From the NCBI GenBank assembly GCA_023268935.1, contig JALRKK010000047.1, positions 13,552 through 77,551 of the forward strand: a DNA stretch of 64,000 bases, read 5' to 3'. The notes beneath the pieces were generated by a model. That model worked only from the letters and a program-made list of their open reading frames with translations. It did not search any database and was not told the origin of the DNA. The translations under genes were made by a program, and so were the position numbers. Origin of the DNA: Glaciecola sp. Its GTDB lineage: Bacteria > Pseudomonadota > Gammaproteobacteria > Enterobacterales > Alteromonadaceae. Of this stretch, positions 32,282 to 43,190 are shown in pieces. Position 1 is the first letter of the stretch. Each line of letters opens with the position of its first letter.

Positions 32282-33309
32282 ACTGGTAATCTCCAACGGA
32301 ATTGTCGCTGACAGGCTGCCAACCCCCACCACAGAAGCAAACATGATAAACCAAATAACACACCATAGTAGAATAAACTGCGCTGAGGGCGAATGGTTTG
32401 TGATTCATCCACAATGGGTTCAATGCGGTTCAAAATGGCATATATTTGCTGTAATTCTTGGGTGTCTCTCGCCCGAAAATACTGACCACCAGTGTCATTC
32501 GCAATGCGCGTCAAAAGGACTTCATCTAATTCTGCCGAAGGGTTCACCGCGCGTTGCCCAAACAGCGAGTTTACAATCATGCGATCAGCGCCAACACCGA
32601 TTGGATAGATGGTAAGATTTTCTGCTATGGCTAATTCCAAGGCTTGTTCGGGGGTAATGTTGCCTGCGGTATTTTGACCATCTGTCAGCAAAATCAGCAC
32701 TTTTTTGGAGACGTTTCTACCTTGCAAACGCTTTGCCGCTAGCCCGATGGCATCACCGATAGCCGTTGATTCCCCAACCAGACCTAATACCGTATCATCG
32801 AGTAAAGTCTGTACGGTTGCTCGGTCAAAGGTAAGGGGGGCTTGCAAGTAAGCGGTATCGGCAAAAAGAATTAACCCTAGGCGATCCCCAACCCGTTGAG
32901 CGATGAAGTCGGACAGAACGTGTTTGACCATGACCAGACGGTCAACAGCCTGGCCATTCACTTCCATATCTTGAGTTTGCATTGAGCCAGATAAGTCCAC
33001 GGCAATGAACATATCCCGGCCTTCTTGTGGTAAGGCTATCGGCTCGCCATAAAAAGTAGGACGCATTAGGGCAAAAATCAAACCACTCCAAACCGCTATA
33101 AACAATAACCAGCGCAACCACAATGAACGCTGTTCATTGCTTCCCACACTGGTTTGACTGATATTCATATAACCCGGGATGAAAATGGGTTTAGTTTGAT
33201 TGATGTGTTTTCGGCGGTGACGGAACAACCAAAACAACAGAATTGGGACTGGCCATAATAATGCCATATACCCCCATAAAAAAGACAAGTTCTCCCACCA
33301 ACTAAGCAT
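32278..33309 (-). CDS. VWA domain protein (BatA-like)
   Basis: DLSGSM, GDRLGLILF, TAIGDAIG, LLTDG; start moved to ATG 33309. Confidence 0.9.
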   Translation of the reverse strand: MLSWWENLSFLWGYMALLWPVPILLFWLFRHRRKHINQTKPIFIPGYMNISQTSVGSNEQRSLWLRWLLFIAVWSGLIFALMRPTFYGEPIALPQEGRDMFIAVDLSGSMQTQDMEVNGQAVDRLVMVKHVLSDFIAQRVGDRLGLILFADTAYLQAPLTFDRATVQTLLDDTVLGLVGESTAIGDAIGLAAKRLQGRNVSKKVLILLTDGQNTAGNITPEQALELAIAENLTIYPIGVGADRMIVNSLFGQRAVNPSAELDEVLLTRIANDTGGQYFRARDTQELQQIYAILNRIEPIVDESQTIRPQRSLFYYGVLFGLSCLLLWWGLAACQRQFRWRLPV

Positions 33310-33814
33310 GGTGTACCTCGCGTTTAGATGGGCGGCACAATAACCAATTAAAACGAGGGATCCCGTAATCAACCCAATGTAGGCAGGCTTTATGAGCCGC
33401 CTGAGTATAGCTGATTTCTTCACGGTAAATCGACGTTGTTAAAAGCTCTGCAACGGGGGCAAATGACGCCTGGCGACGGCCCAAAGTACGAGACAAAAAC
33501 TCACTCCACTGCTTGCCAGTGTAAGATTTGATGTGTTCACCGTAATAGGCGATGGCGAGGCGCTTTAAGATTTGGTTCGCCATCTGTAACAAGCCTTCGC
33601 GAGCTAATAATTGTTCTAACTCGCGCCTTGCGTGATTGCGTTGCTTGATATGTTGTCGATAAAGCTTGATGGCTAACCAGAGGTATATCATCAAACCGAT
33701 TAACAGCAACACGATGAGAGATAACAACCATGAGGGCGGAAACCAAGCGATGCTATCAGGAGCTAGCGTGTTATGTGGCGGTATGAATACTTCAGGTGTG
33801 AGGTTTTGCATCAC
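33302..33814 (-). CDS. DUF4381-like membrane protein
   Basis: IAWFPP followed by a TM helix, LKRLA..Y, GKQW..FL; usual position in the Bat operon. Confidence 0.75.
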   Translation of the reverse strand: MMQNLTPEVFIPPHNTLAPDSIAWFPPSWLLSLIVLLLIGLMIYLWLAIKLYRQHIKQRNHARRELEQLLAREGLLQMANQILKRLAIAYYGEHIKSYTGKQWSEFLSRTLGRRQASFAPVAELLTTSIYREEISYTQAAHKACLHWVDYGIPRFNWLLCRPSKREVHHA

Positions 33815-34740
33815 ACCTCTCCTTGTAATGTATGCAAGCTATTGAGCTGGTCAACAAGCATTTTTGATGTTTCAAGAAAAAATACCGGCAAACCGAGTTG
33901 CTTGAGCGTATCAGCAACGTCTCGCGTTGCGTCGTGGCTCAAACGTAAACCAAACGTACGTTCTGCCGTGGAATATCCATCCGTAACGGTTAGTTGAATC
34001 GGCTCTGCTAAGGCATTTGACTCAAATGGATCCGATATCACGAAGCAACGAACTTCACAGCGTCGTCGTAATTGCTGTAATAATCCTTTCGTGAGATTGT
34101 CAAGGTGGTTAAAATCACTGATGAGATTGATTTGTGACCCTGGTTTTGCAAGATAACTGAGGCGTGTTAGGCTTTCAGCTAATGCGTCTCGATTGGGGTC
34201 AACTTGCAAAGGTTGAGTTTGCTGCAAGTGGCATGTTTGTTGTAATAAATGCAATAAAGTAGCGGTGCGATTGGCAGGCTTAATTTCACGATGCTCGAGA
34301 CTATTAAAGACCAAGCCACCCACACGGTCACCACGATGTTTGGCTTGCCATGCCAAAAATGCGAGGAGATGTCCTGCCAATATAGATTTTAATTGTAAAG
34401 AAGAACCAAACTGCATGGAAGCTGAGACATCACACAGCAAAAACACCGGACGTTCTCGCTCTTCTCTAAAAACTTTGGTGTGAGCTTTGCCTGTTCGTGC
34501 CGTCACGCGCCAATCAATTGCTCGAATATCATCACCGGGCTGGTAGTGGCGAGCTTCATCAAATTCCATCCCACGACCTTTATGCTTGGATAGATATCCG
34601 CCAGACATTTGTCCGGTACGACGCGCGCGCATACTCGAAGCTATCGATTGCGCAATGCCCTGATACGCCATCAACATTGGCATATGCAAAGACACTGCAT
34701 CTGCAGCTTTTAGTTCAGATAATGCAGCGGCAGTGTACAT
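33811..34740 (-). CDS. DUF58 domain protein
   Basis: GRGMEFDEARHYQPGDDIRAIDWRVTAR. Confidence 0.92.
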   Translation of the reverse strand: MYTAAALSELKAADAVSLHMPMLMAYQGIAQSIASSMRARRTGQMSGGYLSKHKGRGMEFDEARHYQPGDDIRAIDWRVTARTGKAHTKVFREERERPVFLLCDVSASMQFGSSLQLKSILAGHLLAFLAWQAKHRGDRVGGLVFNSLEHREIKPANRTATLLHLLQQTCHLQQTQPLQVDPNRDALAESLTRLSYLAKPGSQINLISDFNHLDNLTKGLLQQLRRRCEVRCFVISDPFESNALAEPIQLTVTDGYSTAERTFGLRLSHDATRDVADTLKQLGLPVFFLETSKMLVDQLNSLHTLQGEV

Positions 34741-34742
34741 GG

Positions 34743-35699
34743 TTAGGGCACCGCGACGTTTGCCAAAATGTTGTCTAACACACCATTGACCGATACACCA
34801 TTTGCTTGAGCCTCATAGGTCAAAGGTAGACGATGTCGCATGACATTGTGAAACACCGTTTGCACGTTATCGGGCGCCACAAAATCCCGACCTTGTAGGT
34901 AAGCATGAGCTCTGGCACAGCGCTCTAGGGCAATGGTTGCTCTAGGTGAAACACCCATCGCTATGTAGTTTTTAAGTTGTTTCTGGTATTTGTCAGGATG
35001 GCGAGTCGCCATAACCAGTTGTACAATATATTCTTCAATTTGTGGCTGTACATGTAAGCCCAATATATCTTGGCGCGCTTGCATAATAGTTGCCTGCGAG
35101 AGTGCCATTGGCTTGGCTTGACCTTGGTGTAAATCCTCACGACGCGTTAGGCGCAGTATTTCAAGTTCAGTTTGCGCATCGGGATAGTCAATTTCGATAT
35201 GCATCAAGAATCGGTCTAGTTGCGCTTCTGGGAGTGGGTAAGTGCCTTCTTGTTCTAACGGGTTTTGCGTCGCCATCACTAAGAACAATTCGGATAAATC
35301 ATAAGTCTTGTTGCCAACTGTTATTTGTCTCTCTGCCATAGCTTCTAGCAAAGCGGATTGGACTTTGGCGGGCGCACGGTTGATTTCGTCGGCCAGTACT
35401 AAGTTGTGAAAAAGGGGACCAGATTGGAAGACAAATTCGCCCGTTTCTGGGCGAAATATATCGGTACCCGTTAAATCGGCTGGTAATAAATCTGGGGTAA
35501 ATTGCACACGATGAAAATCACCTTCAATCCCATCTGCAAGGGCATTAATGGCACGAGTTTTTGCCAACCCTGGCGGGCCTTCTACGAGTAAGTGGCCATC
35601 AGCTAACAATGCGATGAGCATGTTTTGCGTCAAACTCGTTTGACCGACAACTTGTTGATTGAGGTAAGCTTGTAAAGGCTCAAAATCAGTATACGCCAT
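34743..35699 (-). CDS. MoxR family AAA+ ATPase
   Basis: EGPPGLAKT, QFTPDLLPAD, DEINRA, ATQNP, AQLDRF. Confidence 0.95.
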   Translation of the reverse strand: MAYTDFEPLQAYLNQQVVGQTSLTQNMLIALLADGHLLVEGPPGLAKTRAINALADGIEGDFHRVQFTPDLLPADLTGTDIFRPETGEFVFQSGPLFHNLVLADEINRAPAKVQSALLEAMAERQITVGNKTYDLSELFLVMATQNPLEQEGTYPLPEAQLDRFLMHIEIDYPDAQTELEILRLTRREDLHQGQAKPMALSQATIMQARQDILGLHVQPQIEEYIVQLVMATRHPDKYQKQLKNYIAMGVSPRATIALERCARAHAYLQGRDFVAPDNVQTVFHNVMRHRLPLTYEAQANGVSVNGVLDNILANVAVP

Positions 35700-35867
35700 C
35701 TGTGCGTGTTCCTTTTTGTTGTTTTATCGTCACCAACTTTACAAACATATATAAGGTTTCTGAGCATAAAATCAAAGGGTTATTGCAGATAAATTGTTGC
35801 AAAACATGTTATTGCTAAAATAAAAGTGGCAAATCCCTATAAGTTTTGTAGAATACGACCATAGGGT

Positions 35868-35884
35868 TAGAGGTCTGACCACTT
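35868..35884. promoter_or_regulatory. FadR operator upstream of fadIJ
   Basis: TAGAGGTCTGACCACTT resembles the FadR palindrome AACTGGTCnGACCAGTT and lies ~50 bp before fadI. Confidence 0.75.
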
Positions 35885-35935
35885 AGGTTTGAACTCTTCA
35901 TCATTAAAATGAATAGTACTTGCACAGGAAATAAT

Positions 35936-37246
35936 ATGAGCACATTGCAAACGAATAAGACGCAAAAAGGAGATCGCGTTGCCATCGTAGCTGGCTTGCG
36001 CACTCCCTTTGTCAAAATGGCGACCGATTTTCATGGTGTGCCAGCGGTTGACCTCGGCAAAATGGTCGTGAATGAGTTATTAACTCGAAACGAAATCCAT
36101 CCGCAAGAGATTCAACAACTCGTCTATGGGCAGGTTGTACAAATGCCAGCAGCACCTAATATTGCCCGTGAAATTGTCCTAGGTACTGGCATGCAGCCTC
36201 ATACTGACGCATATTCTGTTTCGCGCGCCTGTGCCACGAGTTTTCAATCAACAGCCAATGTCGCTGACTCAATCTTGTTAGGCAACATAGATATTGGTGT
36301 TGCGGGAGGAGCTGATTCGACCTCGGTCTCCCCAATTGGTGTGAGTAAAAAGCTAGGTCGAGCACTGGTCGATCTGCAAAAAGCCAAATCACTTGGGCAA
36401 CGCTGGCAGATTTTCAAGCGTTTAGGGTTGAAAGATTTAATACCGGTGCCGCCAGCGGTCGCAGAATATTCGACGGGACTGAGTATGGGCGATACCGCAG
36501 AGCAGATGGCCAAGACTCATGGTATTACTCGAGCTGAGCAAGATGCACTCGCGCACCGTTCGCACACATTGGCGGCGCAAAATTGGCGTGCAGGTCACAT
36601 GACTCAAGAGGTCATGACAGCCTATCCAGAACCCTATAAAAAAGCCGTAACCCAAGATAATACAGTGCGTATGGATTCGGTGTTGGATTCATACGCCAAA
36701 TTACGCCCGACGTTTGATCGACGCTATGGTTCAGTGACTGCAGGCAATGCGACACCTTTGACTGACGGAGCCTCGGCTGTTTTGCTGATGAATGAAAGTA
36801 AAGCCAAAGCGTTAGGCTATGCGCCTTTGGGATATATTAAAAGCTATGCTTTTGCCGCCATTGATGTGTGGACAGATATGTTAATGGGGCCTTCTTATGC
36901 GACGCCACTTGCACTTGCTCGAGCAGGGATGGCACTATCGGATCTGACATTAATTGAAATCCATGAAGCCTTTGCTGCCGTGGCATTAGCGAATATGAAG
37001 ATGTTCGAGTCAGATAAATTTGCGCGTGAAAAGCTGGGGCGGGATAAAGCCATCGGCAGTATTGATATGGATAAGGTAAATGTACAGGGCAGTTCTATTG
37101 CTTATGGCCATCCATTTGCTGCTACGGGGACACGAATGATTACGCAAATGCTCAATGAATTACAACGACGTGGTGGGGGCACTGGATTGTTGACAGCTTG
37201 TGCTGCCGGTGGCCTCGGTGCAGCAATGATAGTGGAGACAGAATAA
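35936..37246 (+). CDS. fadI: 3-ketoacyl-CoA thiolase FadI
   Basis: [27 protein letters not shown]; start set at ATG 35936. Confidence 0.95.
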   Translation: MSTLQTNKTQKGDRVAIVAGLRTPFVKMATDFHGVPAVDLGKMVVNELLTRNEIHPQEIQQLVYGQVVQMPAAPNIAREIVLGTGMQPHTDAYSVSRACATSFQSTANVADSILLGNIDIGVAGGADSTSVSPIGVSKKLGRALVDLQKAKSLGQRWQIFKRLGLKDLIPVPPAVAEYSTGLSMGDTAEQMAKTHGITRAEQDALAHRSHTLAAQNWRAGHMTQEVMTAYPEPYKKAVTQDNTVRMDSVLDSYAKLRPTFDRRYGSVTAGNATPLTDGASAVLLMNESKAKALGYAPLGYIKSYAFAAIDVWTDMLMGPSYATPLALARAGMALSDLTLIEIHEAFAAVALANMKMFESDKFAREKLGRDKAIGSIDMDKVNVQGSSIAYGHPFAATGTRMITQMLNELQRRGGGTGLLTACAAGGLGAAMIVETE

Positions 37247-39363
37247 TGAGTCAGGCATTTAGGATTCAAAAAAATGAAAACGGCGTTGCTATCGTCAGCA
37301 TCGATGTGCCGAATGAAACGATGAACGTATTAAAAGCCGAGTTTTCAGAGCAAATCACTCAAGTGCTAGATGATCTTGAGCAAGACAATTCGGTACAAGG
37401 CGTGGTAGTCATCAGTGGCAAAGATAATTCGTTTGTTGCCGGTGCCGATGTCAGCATGCTCGAAGCGTGTCAAACGGCACAACAGGCCACCTCGATTGCA
37501 CGTGGCGGGCAAGATATATTCGACCGTATTGAACAATTTGCCAAACCAGTGGTTGCGGCGATTCACGGACCTGCATTAGGCGGTGGTTTAGAGCTAGCCT
37601 TGGCCTGTCATATTCGTGTATGTTCCAATGACAGCAAGACCGTAATGGGCCTGCCAGAAGTTCAGCTTGGTTTGCTTCCCGGCAGTGGTGGGACACAACG
37701 CTTACCTGCGCTGATCAGTGTGCAAAAAGCCATGACTATGATGCTTACCGGAAGTCAGCAACGACCGAAACAAGCTCTAAAAGCCGGTATCGTAGACCAT
37801 GTTGTCCCCCGCAGTATTTTGTTAGAAAAAGCCCAAGAGTTAGCTCTAGCGGGTAAGCCCAAACGTCGTAAGCCCAAGCTAACCTTCGTACAGAAACTAT
37901 TAGAAAGCACCCCTTTTGGCCGAAATATCTTATTTAGTCAGGCGCGTAAGCAAACGTTAAAGAAAACTCAAGGTAACTATCCGGCTCCTATGGCCATTAT
38001 CGATTGTATCGAGACGGGGTTGCGCAAAGGCCGACGCAAAGGTCTTGACATTGAGTCACAACAGTTTGGTGAATTAGTCATGACGAGTGAATCCAAAGCG
38101 TTACGCAGTGTGTTTTTTGCTACGACTGAAATGAAAAAGGAAACCGGTGTAGAGGGGGTTGAGCCGGCCAAGGTCAATAAAGTAGGCGTGTTAGGTGGAG
38201 GCTTAATGGGCGGTGGTATCGCCTATGTCACAGCAACCAAAGCTAAACTATCAGTACGCTTAAAAGACATCGCACCGGAAGGGATCAAAAATGCCTTGAA
38301 CATGGGATATCAGTTACTTAATCAGCGTGTGAAACGCAAAATTATGCGACATAGCGAAATGCAGGCCCAGATGGCACGCATTACCGGTACCCTAGATTAC
38401 TCTGGTTTTAAAGATACTGATATTGTGATTGAAGCGGTATTTGAAAACGTAGAACTCAAACAACAGATGGTCGCTGATGTCGAAGCACATTGTGCTGAGC
38501 ATACGATTTTTGCTTCGAATACTTCGTCTATTCCGATTGGGGATATTGCAGCCAAAGCTGTGCGTCCAGAACAGGTAATAGGCCTACATTACTTCTCTCC
38601 AGTGGACAAGATGCCCTTAGCGGAAATTATTCCACATGCAGGCACTTCTCCTAAAACCATTGCGACAACGGTTGCTGTGGCAAAAGCGCAAGGCAAGACG
38701 CCAATAGTGGTAAAAGATGGAGCTGGTTTTTACGTGAATCGCATCCTAGCGCCTTACATGATTGAAGCCGCGCACATGATCCTCAATGGTGAGCCCATTG
38801 ATAAAATTGACCGAACTTTGGTCAAATTTGGCTTTCCAGTAGGCCCGGTTAAATTGTTAGATGAGGTGGGTATTGATGTTGGAACGAAGATCATTCCATT
38901 TTTACAAGCTCAATTCGGCGATCGGTTTATCTCACCAGATGCGTTTGCCAAGGTGTTAGACGACGAACGTAAAGGTAAGAAAAACAGCCGAGGCTTCTAT
39001 GATTATTCAGCCCAAAGCAAAGGCAAAAACGTCGATAACGAGATTTATTCTTTGCTGAATATCACTCCCGAGGCACGCTTACAAAGCGATGAAATTATCC
39101 AGCGCAGCGTATATTTGCTTCTCAATGAAGCGGCGATGTGTTTGGATGAAGGGGTTATTCAATCTCCGCGCGATGGCGATATCGGTGCTATCTTTGGCAT
39201 AGGCTTTCCGCCATTCACGGGAGGCCCATTCCGTTATATGGATAGCATAGGGATTGCGACATTAGTTGAACGTTTAGAAGCGTTTGCTCGAGTGCATGGT
39301 GAGAAATTCACACCTGCCCCAATTTTGGTCAAAATGTCAGCGGAGAATAGGACATTTTATTAA
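37246..39363 (+). CDS. fadJ: Fatty acid oxidation complex alpha subunit FadJ
   Basis: Enoyl-CoA hydratase (GGGLELALAC, PEVQLGLLPG) plus HAD domain (GGGLMGGG, HYFSP); TAATG coupling with fadI. Confidence 0.95.
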   Translation: MSQAFRIQKNENGVAIVSIDVPNETMNVLKAEFSEQITQVLDDLEQDNSVQGVVVISGKDNSFVAGADVSMLEACQTAQQATSIARGGQDIFDRIEQFAKPVVAAIHGPALGGGLELALACHIRVCSNDSKTVMGLPEVQLGLLPGSGGTQRLPALISVQKAMTMMLTGSQQRPKQALKAGIVDHVVPRSILLEKAQELALAGKPKRRKPKLTFVQKLLESTPFGRNILFSQARKQTLKKTQGNYPAPMAIIDCIETGLRKGRRKGLDIESQQFGELVMTSESKALRSVFFATTEMKKETGVEGVEPAKVNKVGVLGGGLMGGGIAYVTATKAKLSVRLKDIAPEGIKNALNMGYQLLNQRVKRKIMRHSEMQAQMARITGTLDYSGFKDTDIVIEAVFENVELKQQMVADVEAHCAEHTIFASNTSSIPIGDIAAKAVRPEQVIGLHYFSPVDKMPLAEIIPHAGTSPKTIATTVAVAKAQGKTPIVVKDGAGFYVNRILAPYMIEAAHMILNGEPIDKIDRTLVKFGFPVGPVKLLDEVGIDVGTKIIPFLQAQFGDRFISPDAFAKVLDDERKGKKNSRGFYDYSAQSKGKNVDNEIYSLLNITPEARLQSDEIIQRSVYLLLNEAAMCLDEGVIQSPRDGDIGAIFGIGFPPFTGGPFRYMDSIGIATLVERLEAFARVHGEKFTPAPILVKMSAENRTFY

Positions 39364-39520
39364 TAATGAGTTAATGAAATGTAATGTTTAAAGGCTTTCT
39401 TTGTTAAAATAATTAAAAGCCTTAAATGTAATCAATATCTTACGTCAAAAGAGCCTTTGGTCTGCTTTTTCTTTGTTTATTTGTGGCTTATAATGAGTCT
39501 ATAAATTTGAGGGAAAGCAG

Positions 39521-39718
39521 ATGTTTTATATAATATTGTTATTTTTGACTTGTTCGCTGTATTTTTATGTTGAATCCTTCAAAAGTGCTCTTTCAGCACG
39601 TCAATGGGGAGCGCTAGGTATTTTGTTAGGTCCAATGGCCATTCCAATGTTTATGATGGCGCAACACGTTGCGATGCGCAAAGCATCTGGATATAACAAC
39701 CTTATTTTAAAAGCTTAA
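39521..39718 (+). CDS. Small hypothetical membrane protein (65 aa)
   Basis: ATG with GAGGG RBS, two hydrophobic segments, fills the intergenic space. Confidence 0.6.
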   Translation: MFYIILLFLTCSLYFYVESFKSALSARQWGALGILLGPMAIPMFMMAQHVAMRKASGYNNLILKA

Positions 39719-39738
39719 GTTTATTATCTTCATACATT

Positions 39739-42306
39739 CTACTCATCGTTTATCTGAATCCACAAGTGTGGTGAGGTAAACGATAGTTTGCTGATGAGTT
39801 CCGGATACTCCTCCATATCCGCTAATTCATCACAATGATCGACCAATTTTTGATTGAACTCTATTCCTTCCGGCTTGCCCAGCATCATCCAGAAGTAGTT
39901 TGCCTGGATGGAAAATTCGCGTTGTGGCATCGCTAAACTTCGCTTTAGGTGCGGAAGGACGCTTTTGATGGTCTCGATATCTAGTTGCTCGCGACATTGC
40001 TTCACAAAAAACTCGATCAGCGCCTTTACCTTTTGGGAATCGTCATTGTGTATGGCGTACAATAAAATTCCAGGACAACCTTTGTGAGTCAAATAAGAAA
40101 CATTACATTCATAACCAAGTTGATGTTCTTGACGAATGAACTTAAAAAAAGCGTTCTGCAACAACATTGATAGGATCATCCAATCAATATGCTCATAGAT
40201 GTTCGAAGTTGTCGAATACAGAAGGCATCCACTATAAGCGTGTTCGACGTTATTTTGTTTGGCTTTATATCGAAGTGAAAGGGATTGGTTGACGAGCGGA
40301 TTTTGTGCACTTGTGGTGTGCCTGTGGGGGGCGCTTGGACTCAAAATGCCGGATAATTTCTGAATAAAATCATCACTATAGCTCCCGTAAACCATGATTT
40401 CTGTTTTCGCTAGGGCAAAAAAATTCTTTAGCGATAACTCAGCTTGCTGTGGCTCAAGCGCTAATAAGGCTGTCTGTTTCTCTGCCGCAGAAAGTTGTGG
40501 GGAGAACGTTTGGGCAATTGCGTTCAGTGCAAAGGATTCAATATTCTGTATATCAGAAGCATTCAGGCTTTGGTAAACACTTTGCTTTACTTGTTGCCAT
40601 TGAGCCGGGGCTAGTTGTGTAAATATGTTGGTTTGAGTCATGACACTGAGCAAGTGATTAATTAAGTTATTTGCAATATCAAGCGGCGCACGAAAATGTA
40701 AGGTCATCCCTTGCTGTTGAGCGTAGAATCGTAGCCGACATCCAAGTGCTTGCGCACAAAATTGAATAAATTGTGGTGTTGTAGTCAACAACGCGATCGA
40801 TAACTTAATCGCAAGTTGACAGGGTAAAGACAAAGCAGCGTGATTCAATCCTATATAACACTCAGTTAATTGTGCTGAATGCTCGGCATGGATGGCAGTC
40901 AACCCGACTTGATTTGTAATATGCTCTTTTATCACGGGTCCCGTTGCAGCAGAGTTCGTCAATAGTGGATTTAAAAAATAAAACTTCAACGCCTCATCTT
41001 GACATAGTTGGTCATTTACCATGTTGGGTACGTTCAAATCTTCAATTTGATAGCGAGTTTTGTAATATGGCGTCACATAAATTGGGTGTTGCTCAACCCC
41101 ACATTCTTCTGAGGAACATATAAATAACACTCGAGCACGCGATGCAATGCACTGATTTAGGATACCCTGAGTGGCTTTTAGCAGCGCTGAATCTATTTGC
41201 TGTGTGGATGAGGCTAGTTGGTTTATTGCAGCGAACGTACGGCGTGTTTTTTGTACTTGGTACCAATAAACGTCAGGTGCAGTAACCAAGTTAATTTGTT
41301 CAAATAGCGTCAATATGACAGACATAATACGAGTGCGTTGTAATACGCCTTTTGCACTGAGAGAAAGGTGCAAATTCAGACCAATATGTGATGGAATCGC
41401 TTGGTTTTTCTCTAGGTGGAACCGAGTGATAAAACCTTGTTGTTGTAACTGGGTAAGGCAAAAATTGGGAGGGGAATAATTTATGATCCAAAGCAACAGC
41501 TCAATAGCCTCATTACTCTGGGTTTCAATGACAAAGTGAACAATCAATTTGGGTATCGATGTTGGTAAATCAATGCGAATCAAACGTTGACATTCATCTT
41601 CAGTGAAAGCCGGTGGTAATTCAGATTCTATATGTGCTCCAATGAATGTCGGACACATTTCAGTTCTCAGCAATGATGCATGAATTTGTTGAGAGATAAC
41701 ATTGTTGAGCGCGTTTGAAATCACAGGCACATAACAGGTAAATTGCAATAGACTAATGGCGCTTTTTAACCATTGGTCAATGTATTGAGTGAGTTGCTGT
41801 TCGGATAGTTGGGCAAAGGTTTCAGCATTACCGGTACTGAATTTTGTGAAAGGATGCTTGGGGTTACAAGTGACCTTATCCACTTCTTGTAAGCATCTAA
41901 TTGGATCATTGCTACCGTGACTAAACTCTTGTGCAATGGTGTTGATTTCCTGAGAGACAATATTCGGCTCAACTGTAAAATGAGTTAAGTAGTTAATAAA
42001 TAGTTCAAGGATTTTGGGTATTTCTGATGCGCTACAAAGCACATCAAACACCACTTCGCAGGGGCCTGTCTTAGCTGATGGCGCCTGTCCATATTGGGTA
42101 AACAGGGTATTTAATCCATCCAGATCAGAATTGCCATGCATCAGCAAGTGTTCACACAAATGTGCCAATCCAGGACAATCACTCGGGTCGCTAAAGTACC
42201 CAGACATAATACTAATGGACACACCACTGTGTTGTGCTTGGACTATTCTTAAATGACGGGAATCAAATGTATTCACAGTTGTAAATACCCATATTGTGAG
42301 TGGCAA
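39739..42306 (-). CDS. Divergent M16 (insulinase/pitrilysin) family peptidase
   Basis: GYFSDP..PGLAHLCEH (HxxEH), HPFTKFSTGN, IRQEHQLGY; start uncertain. Confidence 0.8.
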   Translation of the reverse strand: MPLTIWVFTTVNTFDSRHLRIVQAQHSGVSISIMSGYFSDPSDCPGLAHLCEHLLMHGNSDLDGLNTLFTQYGQAPSAKTGPCEVVFDVLCSASEIPKILELFINYLTHFTVEPNIVSQEINTIAQEFSHGSNDPIRCLQEVDKVTCNPKHPFTKFSTGNAETFAQLSEQQLTQYIDQWLKSAISLLQFTCYVPVISNALNNVISQQIHASLLRTEMCPTFIGAHIESELPPAFTEDECQRLIRIDLPTSIPKLIVHFVIETQSNEAIELLLWIINYSPPNFCLTQLQQQGFITRFHLEKNQAIPSHIGLNLHLSLSAKGVLQRTRIMSVILTLFEQINLVTAPDVYWYQVQKTRRTFAAINQLASSTQQIDSALLKATQGILNQCIASRARVLFICSSEECGVEQHPIYVTPYYKTRYQIEDLNVPNMVNDQLCQDEALKFYFLNPLLTNSAATGPVIKEHITNQVGLTAIHAEHSAQLTECYIGLNHAALSLPCQLAIKLSIALLTTTPQFIQFCAQALGCRLRFYAQQQGMTLHFRAPLDIANNLINHLLSVMTQTNIFTQLAPAQWQQVKQSVYQSLNASDIQNIESFALNAIAQTFSPQLSAAEKQTALLALEPQQAELSLKNFFALAKTEIMVYGSYSDDFIQKLSGILSPSAPHRHTTSAQNPLVNQSLSLRYKAKQNNVEHAYSGCLLYSTTSNIYEHIDWMILSMLLQNAFFKFIRQEHQLGYECNVSYLTHKGCPGILLYAIHNDDSQKVKALIEFFVKQCREQLDIETIKSVLPHLKRSLAMPQREFSIQANYFWMMLGKPEGIEFNQKLVDHCDELADMEEYPELISKLSFTSPHLWIQINDE

Positions 42307-42425
42307 TGATATCTTACAGCACTAAACAAAATTCCTGATACTGAAGTCTATAGGTATAAAGTATCAGTTTTGTACGGAGAAACACACTGGTATAATCAGT
42401 GTGGTTGATATTAATAGGTTTGTCC

Positions 42426-42908
42426 ATGAAAATTTTTGTGATGCGACATGGTGATGCGCATCTGGCTGCAAGTTCTGATATGCAGCGTCCTTTGTCCCCG
42501 ATTGGTGAAAGCGAAGCCGCTCATGCAACCGCTTGGTTGCGTGAATTTTATTTTGCTGAACATCCCAATATTGATTATGCGATGGTCTCACCTTATTTGC
42601 GGACCAAGCAAACTTTGACCAAAATCACAGAGCAATTTACTGTCACGCGTACCGAATACACACGAGACATTATTCCCTCAGCTTCGGCTGCCATTGCACA
42701 TGATTATATGGATACAGTGTTGTCACTCCATCCAGAGATCAATAGTGTATTATTGGTGGCTCATATGCCATTTGTCAGTTACTTTGTGGAATCTCTGACA
42801 CAGTTGACACCGCCACTTTTTGCTACAGCCTCCATCGCTGTGATTGAATATGATAAATCTCTTTCTAAAGGTTATATATTGGAGCATAAACAAGTATATT
42901 TCACTTAA
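42426..42908 (+). CDS. sixA: Phosphohistidine phosphatase SixA
   Basis: MRHGDA, SPYLRTKQT, VAHMP; ATG 42426. Confidence 0.9.
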   Translation: MKIFVMRHGDAHLAASSDMQRPLSPIGESEAAHATAWLREFYFAEHPNIDYAMVSPYLRTKQTLTKITEQFTVTRTEYTRDIIPSASAAIAHDYMDTVLSLHPEINSVLLVAHMPFVSYFVESLTQLTPPLFATASIAVIEYDKSLSKGYILEHKQVYFT

Positions 42909-42965
42909 GATTTGAGTCATTAGACCGATAAACAGAATATCTACTACCATGTGAGGGTGCCACGG

Positions 42966-43190
42966 ATGGGACCAAAAAAATCGTTACCAACTCAGATCAA
43001 AGATATACTTCGCTACCATGCAAACCGCAAAGATTTTGCTGAAGATGAAGAGTTTTTCTCACTGATGCGAGACTTAGGTGAGTTGGACGAAAAAGTCCAT
43101 AATGTGAAAAAGCAAATCTTGTCTAACCGCAAAGCGAGAGAGCAGGCCAAGCAATTTCAAAAACGTCTTTTTAAAACGACTACCGACTAA
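42966..43190 (+). CDS. Small basic coiled-coil hypothetical protein
   Basis: ORF fills the gap between sixA and yfjD; GAGGG upstream of ATG 42966; no family recognised. Confidence 0.5.
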   Translation: MGPKKSLPTQIKDILRYHANRKDFAEDEEFFSLMRDLGELDEKVHNVKKQILSNRKAREQAKQFQKRLFKTTTD

